DNA of 64,000 nucleotides from Eledone cirrhosa (GCA_964016885.1 OZ024754.1:35278001-35342000), one strand, 5' to 3'. Positions 27,653 to 41,728 are shown, counted from the stretch's first letter. Notes: a model not told the origin generated them from the sequence alone. Made by a program: numbers and translations.

Positions 27653-28689
27653 AGGTGTGTTTGTATGTATGTAGGTGTGTAAGTATGTGTTTACATGTGT
27701 AAGTAAGTGTGTATGTGTGTGTATGTATGTATGAAGGTATGTATGTATGTGTGTATGTAGGTGTATAGTTAGGTGTGTATGTAGGTATGTATGTATGTAT
27801 GTAGGTGTGTAAGTATGTGTGTATGTGTGTGTATGTATGTACTATGTATGTATGAAGGTATGTATGTGTGTATGTATGAAGGTATGTATGTGTGTATGTA
27901 GGTGTATATGTAGGTGTGTATGTAGGTGTGTAAGTATGTAGGTGTGTAGGTATGTATGTATGTAGGTATGTATGTATGTATGTGTGTGTGTATGTATGAA
28001 GGTATGTATGTGTGTGTATGTATGTATGTGTGTGTGTATGTAGGTGTATATGTAGGTGTGTATGTAGGCTTGTGTGTATGTAGCTGTGTATGTATGTAGG
28101 TGTGTATGTATGTGTGTATGTAGCTGTGTATATATGTATGTAGGTGTGTATGTAGGTGTGTATGTATGTAGGTATGTGTGTATGTATTTAGTTTTGTGTG
28201 TATGTAGGTGTGTAATATGTAGTCTTGTGTGTATGTAGGTGTGTATGTATGTATGTAGTCTTGTGTGTATGTACATATGGGCAATACATTTTAGTTTAGT
28301 ATACAAAAATCCTGTTCATGTATGTTTAAACACACACGAGAGAGAGAGAGAGAGGGGGGAGAGAGGGAGAGAGAGGGGAGAGAGAGATGGCGAGAGAGAG
28401 GCGAGAGAGAGGGGAGGGAGAGAGATGGCGAGAGAGAGGGGAGGGAGAGAGATGGCGAGAGAGAGGGGGAGAGATAGAGATGGTGAGAGAGAAGGGGAGA
28501 GAGAGAGAGAGAGAGAGAGGGAGATAGAGGGAGAGAGAGAACAAAGTAATATTATCGTAATCATCAGTAGAATTAGTATTAGTAATAATAATAGTAGTAG
28601 TAGTAGTATTATTATTATTATTAGTAGTAGTAGTATTAGTAGTAGTAGTAGTAGCATCATTACATCAGCAGCAGTCGATAGGTAAACGA

Positions 28690-29990
28690 CGACAACAACA
28701 ACAACAGCAGCAGTAGGAACAACAATAACAACAACAACAACAACTACAAGTGTATGAACAGCAACAATAACGTCAACAGCAGCAACAGTATCAATAGCTG
28801 CTGCAGCAGCAACGGCAGCAGTAACAGCAGCAGTAGCAGCAGCAGCAATAGAAGCAGTATGAATAGAAATAGCAACAATAACAACAACAACAGTAACAAT
28901 AGCGACAATACGAATAGCAACAACAACAACAGCAATACTACGAACAACAGTAGTATGAACAACAGCAGCAGTATTTTTAACAACAACAACAGCAACGCAA
29001 CAGCATAATTAACAACAACAACAACAACAACAATAGCAACACCAACAGTGACAACAACAGCAACTGTAGTAGCAACAGCAACACCAACAGCAACATTAAC
29101 AACAGCAACAGCAACAACAGTGACAACAACAATTGCCACAGCAGTTACAACAGCAACAACAACAACAACAGCAACAACAGTAGTAGCAACAACAAGAGCA
29201 ACAGTAGCATTAATAACAAGAGCAACCGCAGCAACAGCAACAACAGCAGTGACAACAACAGCAACAGCAGTGACAACAACAACACCAACAGCAGCATTAA
29301 CAACAGCAACAGCAACAACAGTGACAACAACAATTGCCACAGCAGTTACAACAACAACAACAACAGCAACAACAGTAGTAGCAACAACAAGAGCAACAGC
29401 AGCATTAATAACAAGAGCAACCGCAGCAACAGCAACAACAGCAACAGCAGTGGCAACAACAGCAACAACAGCAGTGACAACAACAGCAACAACAGCAACA
29501 GCAGTGACAACAACAACACCAACAGCAGCAACAGCAACAACAGTGACAACAACAATTGCCACAGCAGTTACAACAACAACAACAACAACACCACCAACAG
29601 CAGCATTAATAACAAGAACAACCACAGCAACAGCAGTGACAACAACAACAACAACACCAACAGTAGTAGCAACAACCACAGCAACAGCAGTGACAACAAC
29701 AACAACAACACCAACAGTAGTAGCAACAACAACACCAACAGCAGTGACAACAACAACAACAACACCAACAGTAGTAGCAACAACACCAACAGCAGTGACA
29801 ACAACAAGAGCTACAACAGCGACAACAACAACAACAACAACAACAACAGCAGCAACAGCAGTAGCAACAACACCACCAACAGCAGTGACAACAACAAGAG
29901 CTACAACATCAACGACAACAACAGCGACAACAACAACAACAACGAGAGCTACAACAGCAACAACACCAACAACAACAACAACAGCAGTGA
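28690..29990. repeat. (CAA/CAG)n trinucleotide mosaic
   Basis: Imperfect ACA/GCA repeats giving poly-T/A/V/L translations. A similar tract lies at 20995-21665. Confidence 0.9.
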
Positions 29991-30376
29991 TAATTAACCC
30001 ATTTTCTCCCCCCCCCCCTCTTCTCCCTTCCAAACCTTCTCATCCATTTTTCTTTATCATATCTAAATATACGCTCATTGAAAGAAATTTCTACAGAGAA
30101 ATATAATTGCAACAACTATATCAGCTGGAAAAGCTAATAGTGAAAATGAAAGTGAAACTAGACATTACTTTTAATATTTATGTATTTTTTATTATTGCAT
30201 TTGATTTCTTAATTTTTCTATACTATATCATTTCTTGGTATGATAGTGGGTTGGTAAGAGATGTATGTTCGTACGTAAGTAGGTAGTTAGATAGATAGCT
30301 GGGTTGGAGGAAAAAGAAGAAAAATTATAAGATGAAGCGAGCGTTGTATTCAACAAATACAAATACATATATATAC

Positions 30377-30509
<133 letters not shown>

Positions 30510-30539
30510 AGATCAAAAGATGTTTAAAAGAGTTCCATG

Positions 30540-30610
30540 TATTTTATTATGCGCATTTCAAAAACAAATATCATCATGCAATAACATTTGTGTTTTCATC
30601 AGATAAAATA
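30540..30610 (-). ncRNA. Type I hammerhead ribozyme motif (family D; element ~30501-30662)
   Basis: Same topology as 24974-25044. Six stem II substitutions all keep pairing. Confidence 0.9.
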
Positions 30611-30987
30611 GGAAGACATGATATGAAGGTTAAAATACACTTGCGAATAGTGCAGTTTTAAATATATATATATATATACGTATATGTATATTATGTATAT
30701 ATATATATATACATATATATATGTGTATATATATATATATATATAAGTATGTATGAGAAATGAAATTTCGTTTCATTTTTTCCATTTATATATATATATA
30801 TACATACAGACACATATATATATATATATACACACACACATATATATATATATGCACACACATATATATATATATATGCACACACATATATATATATATA
30901 TATACACACATATATATATATATACACACACACACACATATATATATATACACATATATATATATACACACACATATATATATATAT

Positions 30988-31018
<31 letters not shown>

Positions 31019-31036
31019 CATATAATATATATATAT

Positions 31037-31170
31037 AACGAAGGAAGTGTGGTAATAGGAAAATGTTTAACCCCGATGGCAGAGCTCAAGCCGTTTCGAC
31101 GGCTATTTCTGGACTGAAATAGCCGTCGAAACGGCTTGAGCTCTGCCGTCGGGGTTAAACATTTCCCCAT
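31037..31170. mobile_element. Family A fold-back element, internally deleted
   Basis: Palindrome centred on TTC-TGGACT-GAA; deletion between two GGTAA microhomologies; (TA)n flanks. Confidence 0.78.
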
Positions 31171-31353
31171 ATATGTGTTATATAGTAGAAAGGCTGGCTG
31201 GTTATATGGAAGGCTGGCTGGTTGGCTGGTTTAAGTTAAATAAATATATACAGAGCGATGGAGCAGCGGAGAAATAAAGAGGAGGAAAGGAAATAGGGAA
31301 AGAATAAATGAGAGAAGGAAGAAAGAACCGCATGAGGAGAGAGAGATAGATAG

Positions 31354-31412
<59 letters not shown>

Positions 31413-31537
31413 TAGATAGATAGATAGATAGAGAGGGAGGGAGAGATAGATAGATAGATAGATAGAGACAGAGAGATAGATAGATAGATGGATAGAGACA
31501 GAGAGAGATAGATAGATAGATAGATAGAGAGAGGGAG

Positions 31538-31594
<57 letters not shown>

Positions 31595-32873
31595 AGTATG
31601 CCGACAGCAACAGAATATGCACACATTTCGAGACAACGATTGAATCTCTATATGGTTACTCAATAGGCTAGAAATGGCAGTCAAATCTTCCTCAAATTAC
31701 AAACTACCGACCAGAAAAAAACAGGACGTATTGCATAAGGTAGTCATAGATAATCTTGATTTTTTTCTAATATACATATAAATAATTGTTTCTACTTTTG
31801 GCACAAGGCCAGCAATTATCCCAGTGTATTACTGGTACTTTATTTTATCGACCCCATAAGGATGAAAGGCAAAGTTAACCTCGGTGGCATTTGAACTCAG
31901 ACCGTAAAGGGGCGTAACTCTATGCAACAAAGCATATGTATATAAATAATATATATATATAATATATAAAACATCTATATATACAAATAATATATGTTGA
32001 TGCCCTAAGGAAAGACACTGGTCTCTTGGAGACGCAGAACATGGCAGCGATAATGAGGGACAGAGACAACTGGAGAGAATTCATCCATGGATCTCGGGAA
32101 TTTTACCCGCCCTAGAGAAATATATATATATCATATATACATATAAATAATATATATCATATATACATATAAATAATATATATAACATCTATACATATAA
32201 ATAATATATATATAAATAATATATATATATAATATATATACCTATAAATAATATATATACCTATAAATACCTATAAATAATATATAATATATATACATAT
32301 AAATAATATAGATATAATATATATACATATAAATAATATATAATATATATACATATAAATAATATATATAAATATAAATAATATATAATATATATACATA
32401 TAAATAATATATATATATAATATATATATATAAATAATATATATATAATATATATACATATAAATAATATATAAAATATATACATATAAATAATATATAT
32501 ATAATATATATACATATAAATAATATATATATAATATATATATGCATATAAATAATATATATATAATATATATATGCATATAAATATATATATATACATA
32601 TACAATATATATATATACATATACAATATATATATATATATATATACAATATATATATATATATATATATGAAAACAGGGAGAAAGAGACGATTATTAGT
32701 AAGAAACAAATTTTTTTTTTGTTTTTTATTTCTCTCTCTTTTTTTCTGGGTTAGAAAATGATTAAAACGAAATGTTTTACTTTGTGTGAAGTGTTAAGGT
32801 ATTAGTTGATTTATTTATTATTTAACAATGGCATTTATTTATTTATTTATCTATTTATATATTTAATAATTGT

Positions 32874-32915
32874 CTATTACCGGTTTCAGCATTTTTATGC
32901 ATTATCAAATGATAG
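32874..32915 (-). ncRNA. Candidate hammerhead with compensatory C3U/G8A core (UUGAUAA)
   Basis: CUAUCAU-UUGAUAA-U-GCAU(AAAA)AUGC-U-GAAA-CCGG-UA-AUAG; palindromic ACCGGU; weak helix I. Confidence 0.5.
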
Positions 32916-33545
32916 TGAAATGAATTAGTGTGGTGTCGCACATGTTAAAGAGAAGGTGCAGAAAGAATAATGTTATTTATATATATATATATATATTGAG
33001 AGAGTGGGGGAGGGCAGGGGGCAGAATCAACCCCAGTATTAAACTGGTACTGTATTTATCTACCTCGAAAGGACGAAAGATATAGTTGACCCCGGGGCGT
33101 GATATCAACTCAGAGTGCAGTATTAATTGTTTCTACTTTTGGCACAAGGCCAGCAATTATCCCAGTGTATTACTGGTACTTTATTTTATCGACCCTGTAA
33201 GGATGAAAGGCAAAGTTAACCTCGGCGGCAGTATTAATACTAGAAAGACATACAACGACTTTACCAACTCGCTGCCTTGTAAGTATAATCTGGCCATAAA
33301 GAATTCCTGGCCAGATTCTTTGCCAATCAAATCGGAATTAATTCTGTAAACGTAGTATTGGAATAAAGTACAGAACACATTCGTATCGATGTCCTTATGA
33401 AAAATAACACACAGCAACACACACACACACATATATATATAATGCACACACACACACACACATATATATAATGCACGCACACACATATACACTCACGCAC
33501 ATATATAATGCACACACACACATATATATAATGCACACACACAGT

Positions 33546-33597
<52 letters not shown>

Positions 33598-33601
<4 letters not shown>

Positions 33602-34145
33602 CCTACAACAATAGCAGATGTGTGTGTGTGTGTGTGTATGATCCCACAACTATAGCAAGTATGTGTGTGTGTGTGTGTGTGTGTGTGTCTGTGTATGATC
33701 CCACAACTATAGCAGATATGTGTGTGTGTGTATGTGTGTGTGTGTATGATCCCACAACTATAGCAGATATGTGTGTCTGTGTGTGTATATGTGTGTGTAT
33801 GTGTGTGTGTGTGTATGTGTGTGTGTATGTGTGTGTGTATGTGTATGTGTGTGTATGATCCCACAACTATAGCAGATATGTGTGTGTGTGTATGTGTGTG
33901 TGTATGATCCCACAACTATAGTAGATATGTGTGTGTGTGTATATGTGTATATATTATATATGATCCAACAAAAAAAGCAGATGTGTGTATGTGTGTGTGT
34001 GTGTGTGTGCGTGTATTTGTGTATATATTATATATGATCCAACAAAAACAGCAGATGTGTGTGTGTGTGTGTGTGTGTGTGTGATCCCACAACTATAGCA
34101 GATGTGTGTGTGTGTGTGTGTGATCCCACAACTATAGCAGATATG
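33598..34145. repeat. Compound tandem repeat: GATCCCACAACTATAGCAGAT units separated by variable (GT)n
   Basis: About 10 copies of a 21-bp core with microsatellite spacers. Confidence 0.9.
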
Positions 34146-34962
34146 TGTGTACATGTATGAATGTGGAACAGAAGGAGACGTGGCAATGGATTTGTTTAGC
34201 AGCAGCAGCAGCAGCGATATTTCTGTCTCAGCTGGAGCCATGTTGAAAGTGTTGTTGGCGTTATGTTGTCTTCTGAAATAGCTTTCAAAAAATATGGTGG
34301 CCAACGCGTGGACCCCCATTTGCTGACAATAGTGAGAGATGGGGGAGAGACTGGAGAGGCAGATGCAGTGACAGTGTTCGGACTTGGTCTATATATATGT
34401 ATATGTATACAAGAGAGAGAGAGAGAGAGAGAGTTATCTGTTTGTCAATGAAAGAGATATAAACATTCACATGGAAAGCCTTGATAGACTTAAATGCTTT
34501 GACGCATAGAGTTACGGCCCTTGCCATTCTGAGTTCAACTCCAGCCGAGGTTAACTTTGCCTTTCATCCTTGCGGGGTCGATAAAATAAAGTACCAGTAA
34601 TGCACTAGGGTAATTGCTGGCCTTGTGCCAAAAGTAGAAACAGTTATTTCTGATCTCCTTCAAGAGACTCTCAACATTTGAGAAGAATTTAAGAAGTAGG
34701 GTAAGATGAAGAAGTAAAGACAATAGCAGAAGATGAAATGAAATAAAGGAGCCTACGTGGCTTAATGGTTAGTGTATTGGGCTCACAGTTGTAAGCCCGA
34801 TTCCCGGACCGGGTAACGTGTTGAGTCCTTCAACAAAACACTTTATCGTTGCTCCAGTTGTCACAGATGGAAAAAAAATGAGTTGCAACGACATTGGTTC
34901 CAAACTGGATCGGTCTTTACTTTTTTTTCTTTGGAAAACTTCATATATAGTGAGTGTATATA

Positions 34963-35153
34963 TAATTGTTTCTACTTTTGGCACAAGGCCAGCAATTATC
35001 CCCAGGGCATTACTGGTACTTTATTTTATCGACCCCCGTAAGGATGAAAGGCAAAGCTAACCTCAACGGGATTTGAACTCAGACCGCAAAGGGCCGTAAC
35101 TCTATACGGCAAAGCATGGCGGCCAGCCCTCTACCGATACTGCCAAACCACCG
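34963..35153 (-). mobile_element. Nin/Deu-like SINE (further copies at 31780-31935, 33000-33228, 34494-34648, 37800-37990, 48541-48636, 59322-59502)
   Basis: Matches the family consensus. Confidence 0.85.
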
Positions 35154-35209
35154 CTATATAGTGTATATATAATATGTATATAGTATGCATAAAGAATATA
35201 AAGGATAAG

Positions 35210-35532
35210 AGTAAAGACCCCCTTCAGTCGCGATTGATCATGGAATTTGCACCTAGGTATAAATCTGGGCAAGATGTGTTTGTGGAAGACCAAGAGTCAC
35301 TCATGCATGTCGGTCTTCCCTCACCTCACCACCGATTTTGTTCAAAGGAAAGACAATGGCCGATATAGTTTAGCACCTGTGACGTCGCAGCTCATTTCTA
35401 CACCCGACTGAACTGGAGCAACGTAAAATAAAATGTCTTGCTCAAGGACACAACGCATCACCCGGTCTGAGAATCGAACTCACAACCTCAGGATTGCAAG
35501 TCCGACACTCTAAACACTAAAGCCATGCGCTT
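35210..35532 (-). mobile_element. tRNA-derived CORE-like SINE, different tail
   Basis: B box GAGTTCGATTCT, GTGTCCTTGAGCAAGACA, GTTGCTCCAGT on the minus strand. Confidence 0.75.
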
Positions 35533-35815
35533 TCACATAAAGATTTTATATAGTTGGGACGTTACTGGTGCCAAGTTATACCAGCTATTACCTTTCCATT
35601 CGACTGTCATAGAGAGAGAAGACTGGTATATATCGGCCACAGCTGGTCTTCCAGAAAGCATCTTGTCAAGACCACTTATGACTGAAGGAGATCTTTCCCC
35701 TTTTATTTACAGTAATATTGGTAGTAGAAAGAACGTTTGTGATGATTTCAGCCAACTGAAACAGTGCTAATCCCATAGAAATCAATTCCATCTGACACAT
35801 ACATACCCCCCCCCC

Positions 35816-35869
<54 letters not shown>

Positions 35870-35959
35870 GCATGTAAAAAGTAAACAGAAATAACAACAC
35901 AATCGTACAGTATATGGCAGGGATATATTAGGTTAACGCTTGATATAGCAGGAAGAGGG

Positions 35960-35995
35960 TCTTAACGTTTCGGACGCTAGTACTTCATCAGAAGA
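35960..35995 (-). ncRNA. Minimal hammerhead motif (family P)
   Basis: UCUU-CUGAUGA-A-GUAC(UAGC)GUCC-GAAA-CG-UU-AAGA. A truncated copy at ~18800-18880 starts at loop II. Confidence 0.72.
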
Positions 35996-36131
35996 AAGAA
36001 CGAGATATAAGATAGATTGAGGGGACGGGCGGGATGGAATTGGAAAAAATTTTATGAAAACGTGTGTTGAAACAGATATTGTCATACTTTGGGAGGCTCA
36101 TGTTGCCAATAAAACACACAAAATAAAAACC

Positions 36132-36178
36132 TTGTCACTGAAGAGGTCACAGAATGTGTGGCGAAAGAGCTTTGACAA
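36132..36178 (+). ncRNA. Minimal hammerhead motif (family L; element ~36090-36310)
   Basis: UUGUCA-CUGAAGA-G-GUCACA(GAAUG)UGUGGC-GAAA-GAGC-UU-UGACAA. The degenerate homologue at 57212-57250 has stem II GUCACA/UGUGAC. Confidence 0.82.
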
Positions 36179-36406
36179 TATATAAACAACATTCCGGTTA
36201 TCGAATCAACCAACCAGCCAACCAACCGGATATTTATAATAAATTGAAGTGAAAACCAACAGCAGGTGCTTATGGTTTTATTGGCAACATAACCCCACCA
36301 AAGTATAACATTATATATATAATATATATACATATATATATATAAATTATACTACCATGACTGAATCTTAACCATCTACTATGTCAAGGTATGTCATGCA
36401 TCATCT

Positions 36407-36470
36407 TATTTTATCTGATGAGGACGTACTGTTGAACTTAACTCAGTACCTCTGAAATATGTATAAAATA
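36407..36470 (+). ncRNA. Hammerhead motif, family C, with deletion at the cleavage site (element ~36345-36612)
   Basis: CUGAUGA at 36415-36421 and GAAA at 36454-36457; 3 nt missing before the helix I 3' strand relative to the 42794 copy. Confidence 0.65.
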
Positions 36471-36953
36471 TACTTGATCACAAGAATAACTATTTTGTTA
36501 ATATTTTGAATTAATATTAATAACTCTGGAAAACCTTTTTTCTGTTGAGTGCTTCCAATCTATTGTAAAACTCATTCTTTGATGTATTCATTGAACCTTG
36601 TTTAACTTTTAAATATATATATATTTATATATATAGGCTAAATTGTGAGTCTTGTTACTCTGGAATTTCGCCTTAATAAAATGCATATTTAAACTATACT
36701 TCGGTATTGAATACTCTTTTCTTTCATGCGGATATATATATATAATTGATGTTGGATGCTTAAAGCGTCCGTATGCGTCCGTATGCGGTAGGCCGTATGA
36801 GCACTCGATGCCCTCGTAGAGCAGAGTATGTTTACATGTCTACATATTAAATATGTGTATATTTATACACACATTGGTGCAGTCTCCGTTACACACTTTG
36901 TATGTATGCAGTTATAACTTTATGGTCCACTTCGGATGTTAGTGCACTTCTCA

Positions 36954-36989
<36 letters not shown>

Positions 36990-37266
36990 ATATCACAGAA
37001 AAAAGAGAATCAGTGTTACGACGAAAGGAATTTATTGGACATATTACAATTGTTTCTCGAGCGACCAGCTCGAAGCACGATCGATGTGTTGATCAAACCT
37101 GACTCTGAAATCGCGCGGTCCTCGGATACGTCTCGATTCTACGAAGCAGATTTTCCTAGGAAAATCTGCTTCGTAAAATCGATCGCGTCTCGAGCTGGTC
37201 GCCCGAGAAACAATTGTAATATGTCCAATAAATTCCTTTCGTCGCAACACTGATTCTCTTTTTTCT

Positions 37267-37273
<7 letters not shown>
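36990..37273. mobile_element. Family F fold-back element with HHR 3' half and inner palindrome
   Basis: Arms ~36990-37085 and ~37178-37273 carry UCGAGC(UGGUC)GCYCGA-GAAA-CAAUUG-UA. A 50-bp inner palindrome lies at 37133-37182. Confidence 0.78.
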
Positions 37274-37329
<56 letters not shown>

Positions 37330-37347
37330 TATAGAATAATTGAATAA

Positions 37348-37396
37348 TTGCTCCGAAGACTCCAAACTTCGGTTTGGAAGAAACAATTGTAAGCAA
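37348..37396 (+). ncRNA. Hammerhead motif with CCGAAGA core (family E; element ~37325-37600)
   Basis: UUGCU-CCGAAGA-C-UCCAAAC(UUCG)GUUUGGA-A-GAAA-CAAUUG-UA-AGCAA; C(UUCG)G tetraloop. Confidence 0.78.
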
Positions 37397-38011
37397 ATAA
37401 GTGATTTAAACAGAACTTTGATTCATGTAATTTCTATATAACTGCTCTGTAAAACAACTGATGTTATTACATTGAGCTATTTATCTTACTGGTAATAAGG
37501 TAGTAATAAATTACTGTCTTTCACTATTTAGGGTTTAAAATATATATAAGTATAAAAGGTTTTAGTATATACATAACCATAAATAGTATCCTTAATACTA
37601 TATATATATATATATATACATTGAGAAGTGCACTAACATCAGAAGTGAACCATAATCTTATAACTGCATACATACAAAGTGTGAGACTGCACCAACGCAC
37701 GGAGACTGCAACAATATGTGTATAAATATACACATATTTAATATGTAGACATGTAAACATGTCAGAAAATACGATTTTCCCTGTAAATTGAAAAAAAAAA
37801 AATTGTTTCTACTTTTGGCACAAGGCCAGCAATCACCCAGTACATTACTGGTACTTTATTTTATCGACCCCGTAAGGATGAAAGGCAAAGTTAATCACGG
37901 CGGGATTTGAACTCAGACCGTAAAGGGACGTAACTCTCTGCTGGAAAGCATGGCGCCCGACTCTCTACTGATACTGCCAATCCACCGCCCGCAATTGAAA
38001 AAAAATAATGT

Positions 38012-38102
<91 letters not shown>

Positions 38103-38256
38103 TGTGTGTGTGCGCGTGTGTGTGTGTGCGTGTGTGTGTTCAGATCTAGTGATCTTGTTAGTCTTCAAAAGAGGACGAAAATATATTTATTCTTTCCTTA
38201 CAAAATAACTATGAAGTTTCAGCAAAGCGACTCTTCATTTAGCCTCTTTAGATTAT

Positions 38257-38304
38257 TTCTCTGAAGAAGCCCTAACGAACGTTCGCTTTGCTGAAACGTC
38301 ATAG
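38257..38304 (+). ncRNA. Minimal hammerhead motif in a fold-back element (~38183-38330)
   Basis: UUCU-CUGAAGA-AGC...GCU-GAAA-CG-UC-AUAG. An inverted copy of the 3' half lies at ~38183-38230. Confidence 0.68.
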
Positions 38305-38410
38305 CTATGCTGTAAGATAAAATTGAATAAACGCCCCTCTCCCCTCCTCCCCACACACATATATATATATATGCATAAAGCAAAGAGGGAGGAAAGGGGC
38401 AGACTGAGAG

Positions 38411-38447
<37 letters not shown>

Positions 38448-38604
38448 AGGTGGAGGTTTATGAAGGATGATGGTGAGAGGAGAAACACTATAGAAGTGAA
38501 GTAATTGTCTCCCCCCCCACACCTCCCTCTATGCTTATCTCTAGAATATGTCTATTTCCCTAAATATGGTGTGATTACACCCCCTCCCCCACCGGCTCTG
38601 CTAT

Positions 38605-39545
38605 CATTATCACCACCACCACCACCACCACCATCCCTACTATCACCTCCACACCATTACTACACTACCACCACCACCATCACTACACTACCACCACCAT
38701 CACTACACCATCCCCCACACCAACACTGCTACCACCACCACCATCACTACACCACCACCACCATCCCTACTATCACCTCCACACCAACACCACCACCACT
38801 ACACCACCACCACCATCATCACTACACCATCACTACACCACCACCACTATCACTACACCACCACCACCATCCCAACACTGCCACCACCACGATCACTACA
38901 CCACCACCACTATCACTACACCATCACTACACCACCACCACCATCATCATTACACCATCACTACACCACCACCACTATCACTACACCACCACCACCACCC
39001 CAACACTGCCACCACCACTATCACTACACCACCACCACTATCACTACACCATCACTACATCACCACCACCATCATCATTACACCATCACTACACCACCAC
39101 CACTATCACTACACCATCACTACACCACCACCACCATCATCACTACACCACCACCACCATCATCACTACACCACCACCACTACCACCACCACCATCCCTA
39201 CTATCACCTCCACACCAACACCACCACCACTACACCACCACCATCACCACACCACCACCACTATCACTACATCATCACTACACCACCACCACCATCATCA
39301 CTACACCACCACCACTACCACCACCACCATCCCTACTATCACCTCCACACCAACACCCCCCCACTACACCACCACCATCACTACACCACCACCACCATCA
39401 CCACTACACCACCACCATCACCACCGCCATTATAACTCCCATCACCAGCACGACCACCGCCACCACCACCACCACTACTACTAACACGACAAAGAACATC
39501 ATCATCACTATGACTACTACTACTACTACTACAACCACCACCATT
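38605..39545. repeat. (CAC/CAT/TAC)n mosaic
   Basis: Low-complexity trinucleotide tract. A complementary-type tract lies at 52510-53220. Confidence 0.9.
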
Positions 39546-39639
39546 ACTTCTAGAGAGAGAAAGGAGGGGAAGAGAGAAGAATAGAGAGATGGATGAGAGA
39601 GAGAGGGAAGAGAGAGAGAGAGAGGGATGAGAGAGAGAG

Positions 39640-39709
<70 letters not shown>

Positions 39710-39779
39710 TGTTGTTGATGAGTATCGGATGCAGTGTAAAAACGAACCAGATCAACAAGAATCGCTTGGATGCTGTGAA

Positions 39780-39820
<41 letters not shown>

Positions 39821-39865
39821 ATGTATGTATGTATGTATGTATGTATGTATGTGTGTGTGTATGTA

Positions 39866-39918
<53 letters not shown>

Positions 39919-39933
39919 ACATACATGTATTAC

Positions 39934-39965
<32 letters not shown>

Positions 39966-40032
39966 GTGTATGTGTCTATGTGTGTATACGTCTATATATG
40001 TATGTGTGCATGTATGTATGTATGTATGTATG

Positions 40033-40065
<33 letters not shown>

Positions 40066-40390
40066 CCGTATATATGAATATATGTATCTATGTATGTGTG
40101 TATATGTCTATGTATGTATGTGTGTATGTATGTAAATCCGTATATATGAATATATGTATCTATGTATGTGTGTATATGTCTATGTATGTATGTGTGTATG
40201 TATGTAAATCCGTATATATGAATATATGTATCTATGTATGTGTGTATATTCTATGTATGTGTGTATGTATGTGTGTATATGTCTATGTATGTATGTGTGT
40301 ATGTATGTAAATCCGTATATATGAATATATGTATCTATGTATGTGTGTATATGCTATGTATGTGTGTATGTATGTGTGTATATGTCTATG

Positions 40391-40423
<33 letters not shown>

Positions 40424-41728
40424 CCGTATATATGAATATATGTATCTATGTATGTGTGTATATTCTATGTATGTGTGTATGTATGTGTGTATATGTCTAT
40501 GTATGTATGTATGTATGTATGTAAATCCGTATATATGAATATATGTATCTATGTATGTGTGTATATGCTATGTATGTATGTATGTGTGTATATGTCTATG
40601 TATGTATGTATGTATGTATGTAAATCCGTATATATGAATATATGTATCTATGTATGTGTGTATATGCTATGTATGTATGTATGTGTGTATATGTCTATGT
40701 ATGTATGTATGTATGTATGTAAATCCGTATATATGAATATATGCATGTATAAGTGTTTACGTTTATTGCACTTTACTTCAACAATCCGCAGTATAGAGGA
40801 AAAACCAGTCTCTATCATTTTACATTCACTAAACCATACAAATATTGCATCAAATAACCAGCCAACCTTTCAACCAGCCAGCTAACCATTCAACCAGCCA
40901 GCCAGCCAACCATTCTACCAGCCAGCTAACCATTCAACCCACCAGCCAGCCAACCATTCAACCAGCCATCCAGCCAGCCAGCCAACCATTCAACCAACCA
41001 ACCATCCATCCATTCATCCATCCATCCAACCATCCAGCCAACCATTCAACCAGCTAACCATCCATCCAGCCAACCATTCATCCAACCATCCAGCCAGCTA
41101 ACCATTCAGCCAGCCAGCCATTGAACCAAACATGCCAACTAGCCATCCATTCAGCCAGCCAACTAACCATCCATTCAGCCAGCCTACCATCCAACTAGCC
41201 CCCCATTCAGCCAGCCAAACAGGCAACAAGCCGGCCAAACAACCATTCAGTAATTTATAAATGTATAGCAGACGATAGCTATCTATCACAGCAGCCAATA
41301 ATAGCCTTTCAACCATCTAGCCAACCTATCTTCCCGACGACCAGCCGACATAACTGCCGACCAGTTAGCCAATAACCAACAAACAGCCAGCCAAGAAAAG
41401 TAAACCAACCGACTAACCAAATTATCGTCCATGTTTCTCTCCCCTCTCTCCTAATACTAATATTTAAAAGGTGCCAAATTACATTTTTAGCTACTATAAA
41501 CAGTATACTAAAATCAGTTTGACGCAAGAGGCACACGATGCAATTTTCATCCAGTTCTCCCCCACTAATTTCCCATCCACGCAAGCTTAATCCAAACGTG
41601 GCTCCCACCACACACACACTGTGGTTTATATATATATAATGGAAAAATTTGAACAGGAACAAAACAGAGAGGCAGTACAACGAATGTTTATTAATTTCAC
41701 GCTCTGGAGAGTGGGGTGTTGGTGGGGA

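Larger units (their letters stand above)
36828..37760. mobile_element. Inverted-repeat pair (family G, ~135-bp arms) enclosing nested elements
   Basis: 36828-36960 is the reverse complement of ~37615-37760. The central (TA)n hosts family F and E elements. Confidence 0.75.

Noticed and set aside
28744-30106. Mucin-like Thr/Ala-rich or poly-Val ORFs (also 38505-39584 and 52490-53224)
   Set aside because: Trinucleotide mosaics open in several frames, with no signal peptide, domain or splice evidence.
33598-34145. CRISPR-like array of 21-bp repeats with variable spacers (similar patterns at 4210-5020 and 40060-40740)
   Set aside because: Spacers are (GT)n/(ATGT)n microsatellites, there are no cas genes, and the context is eukaryotic.
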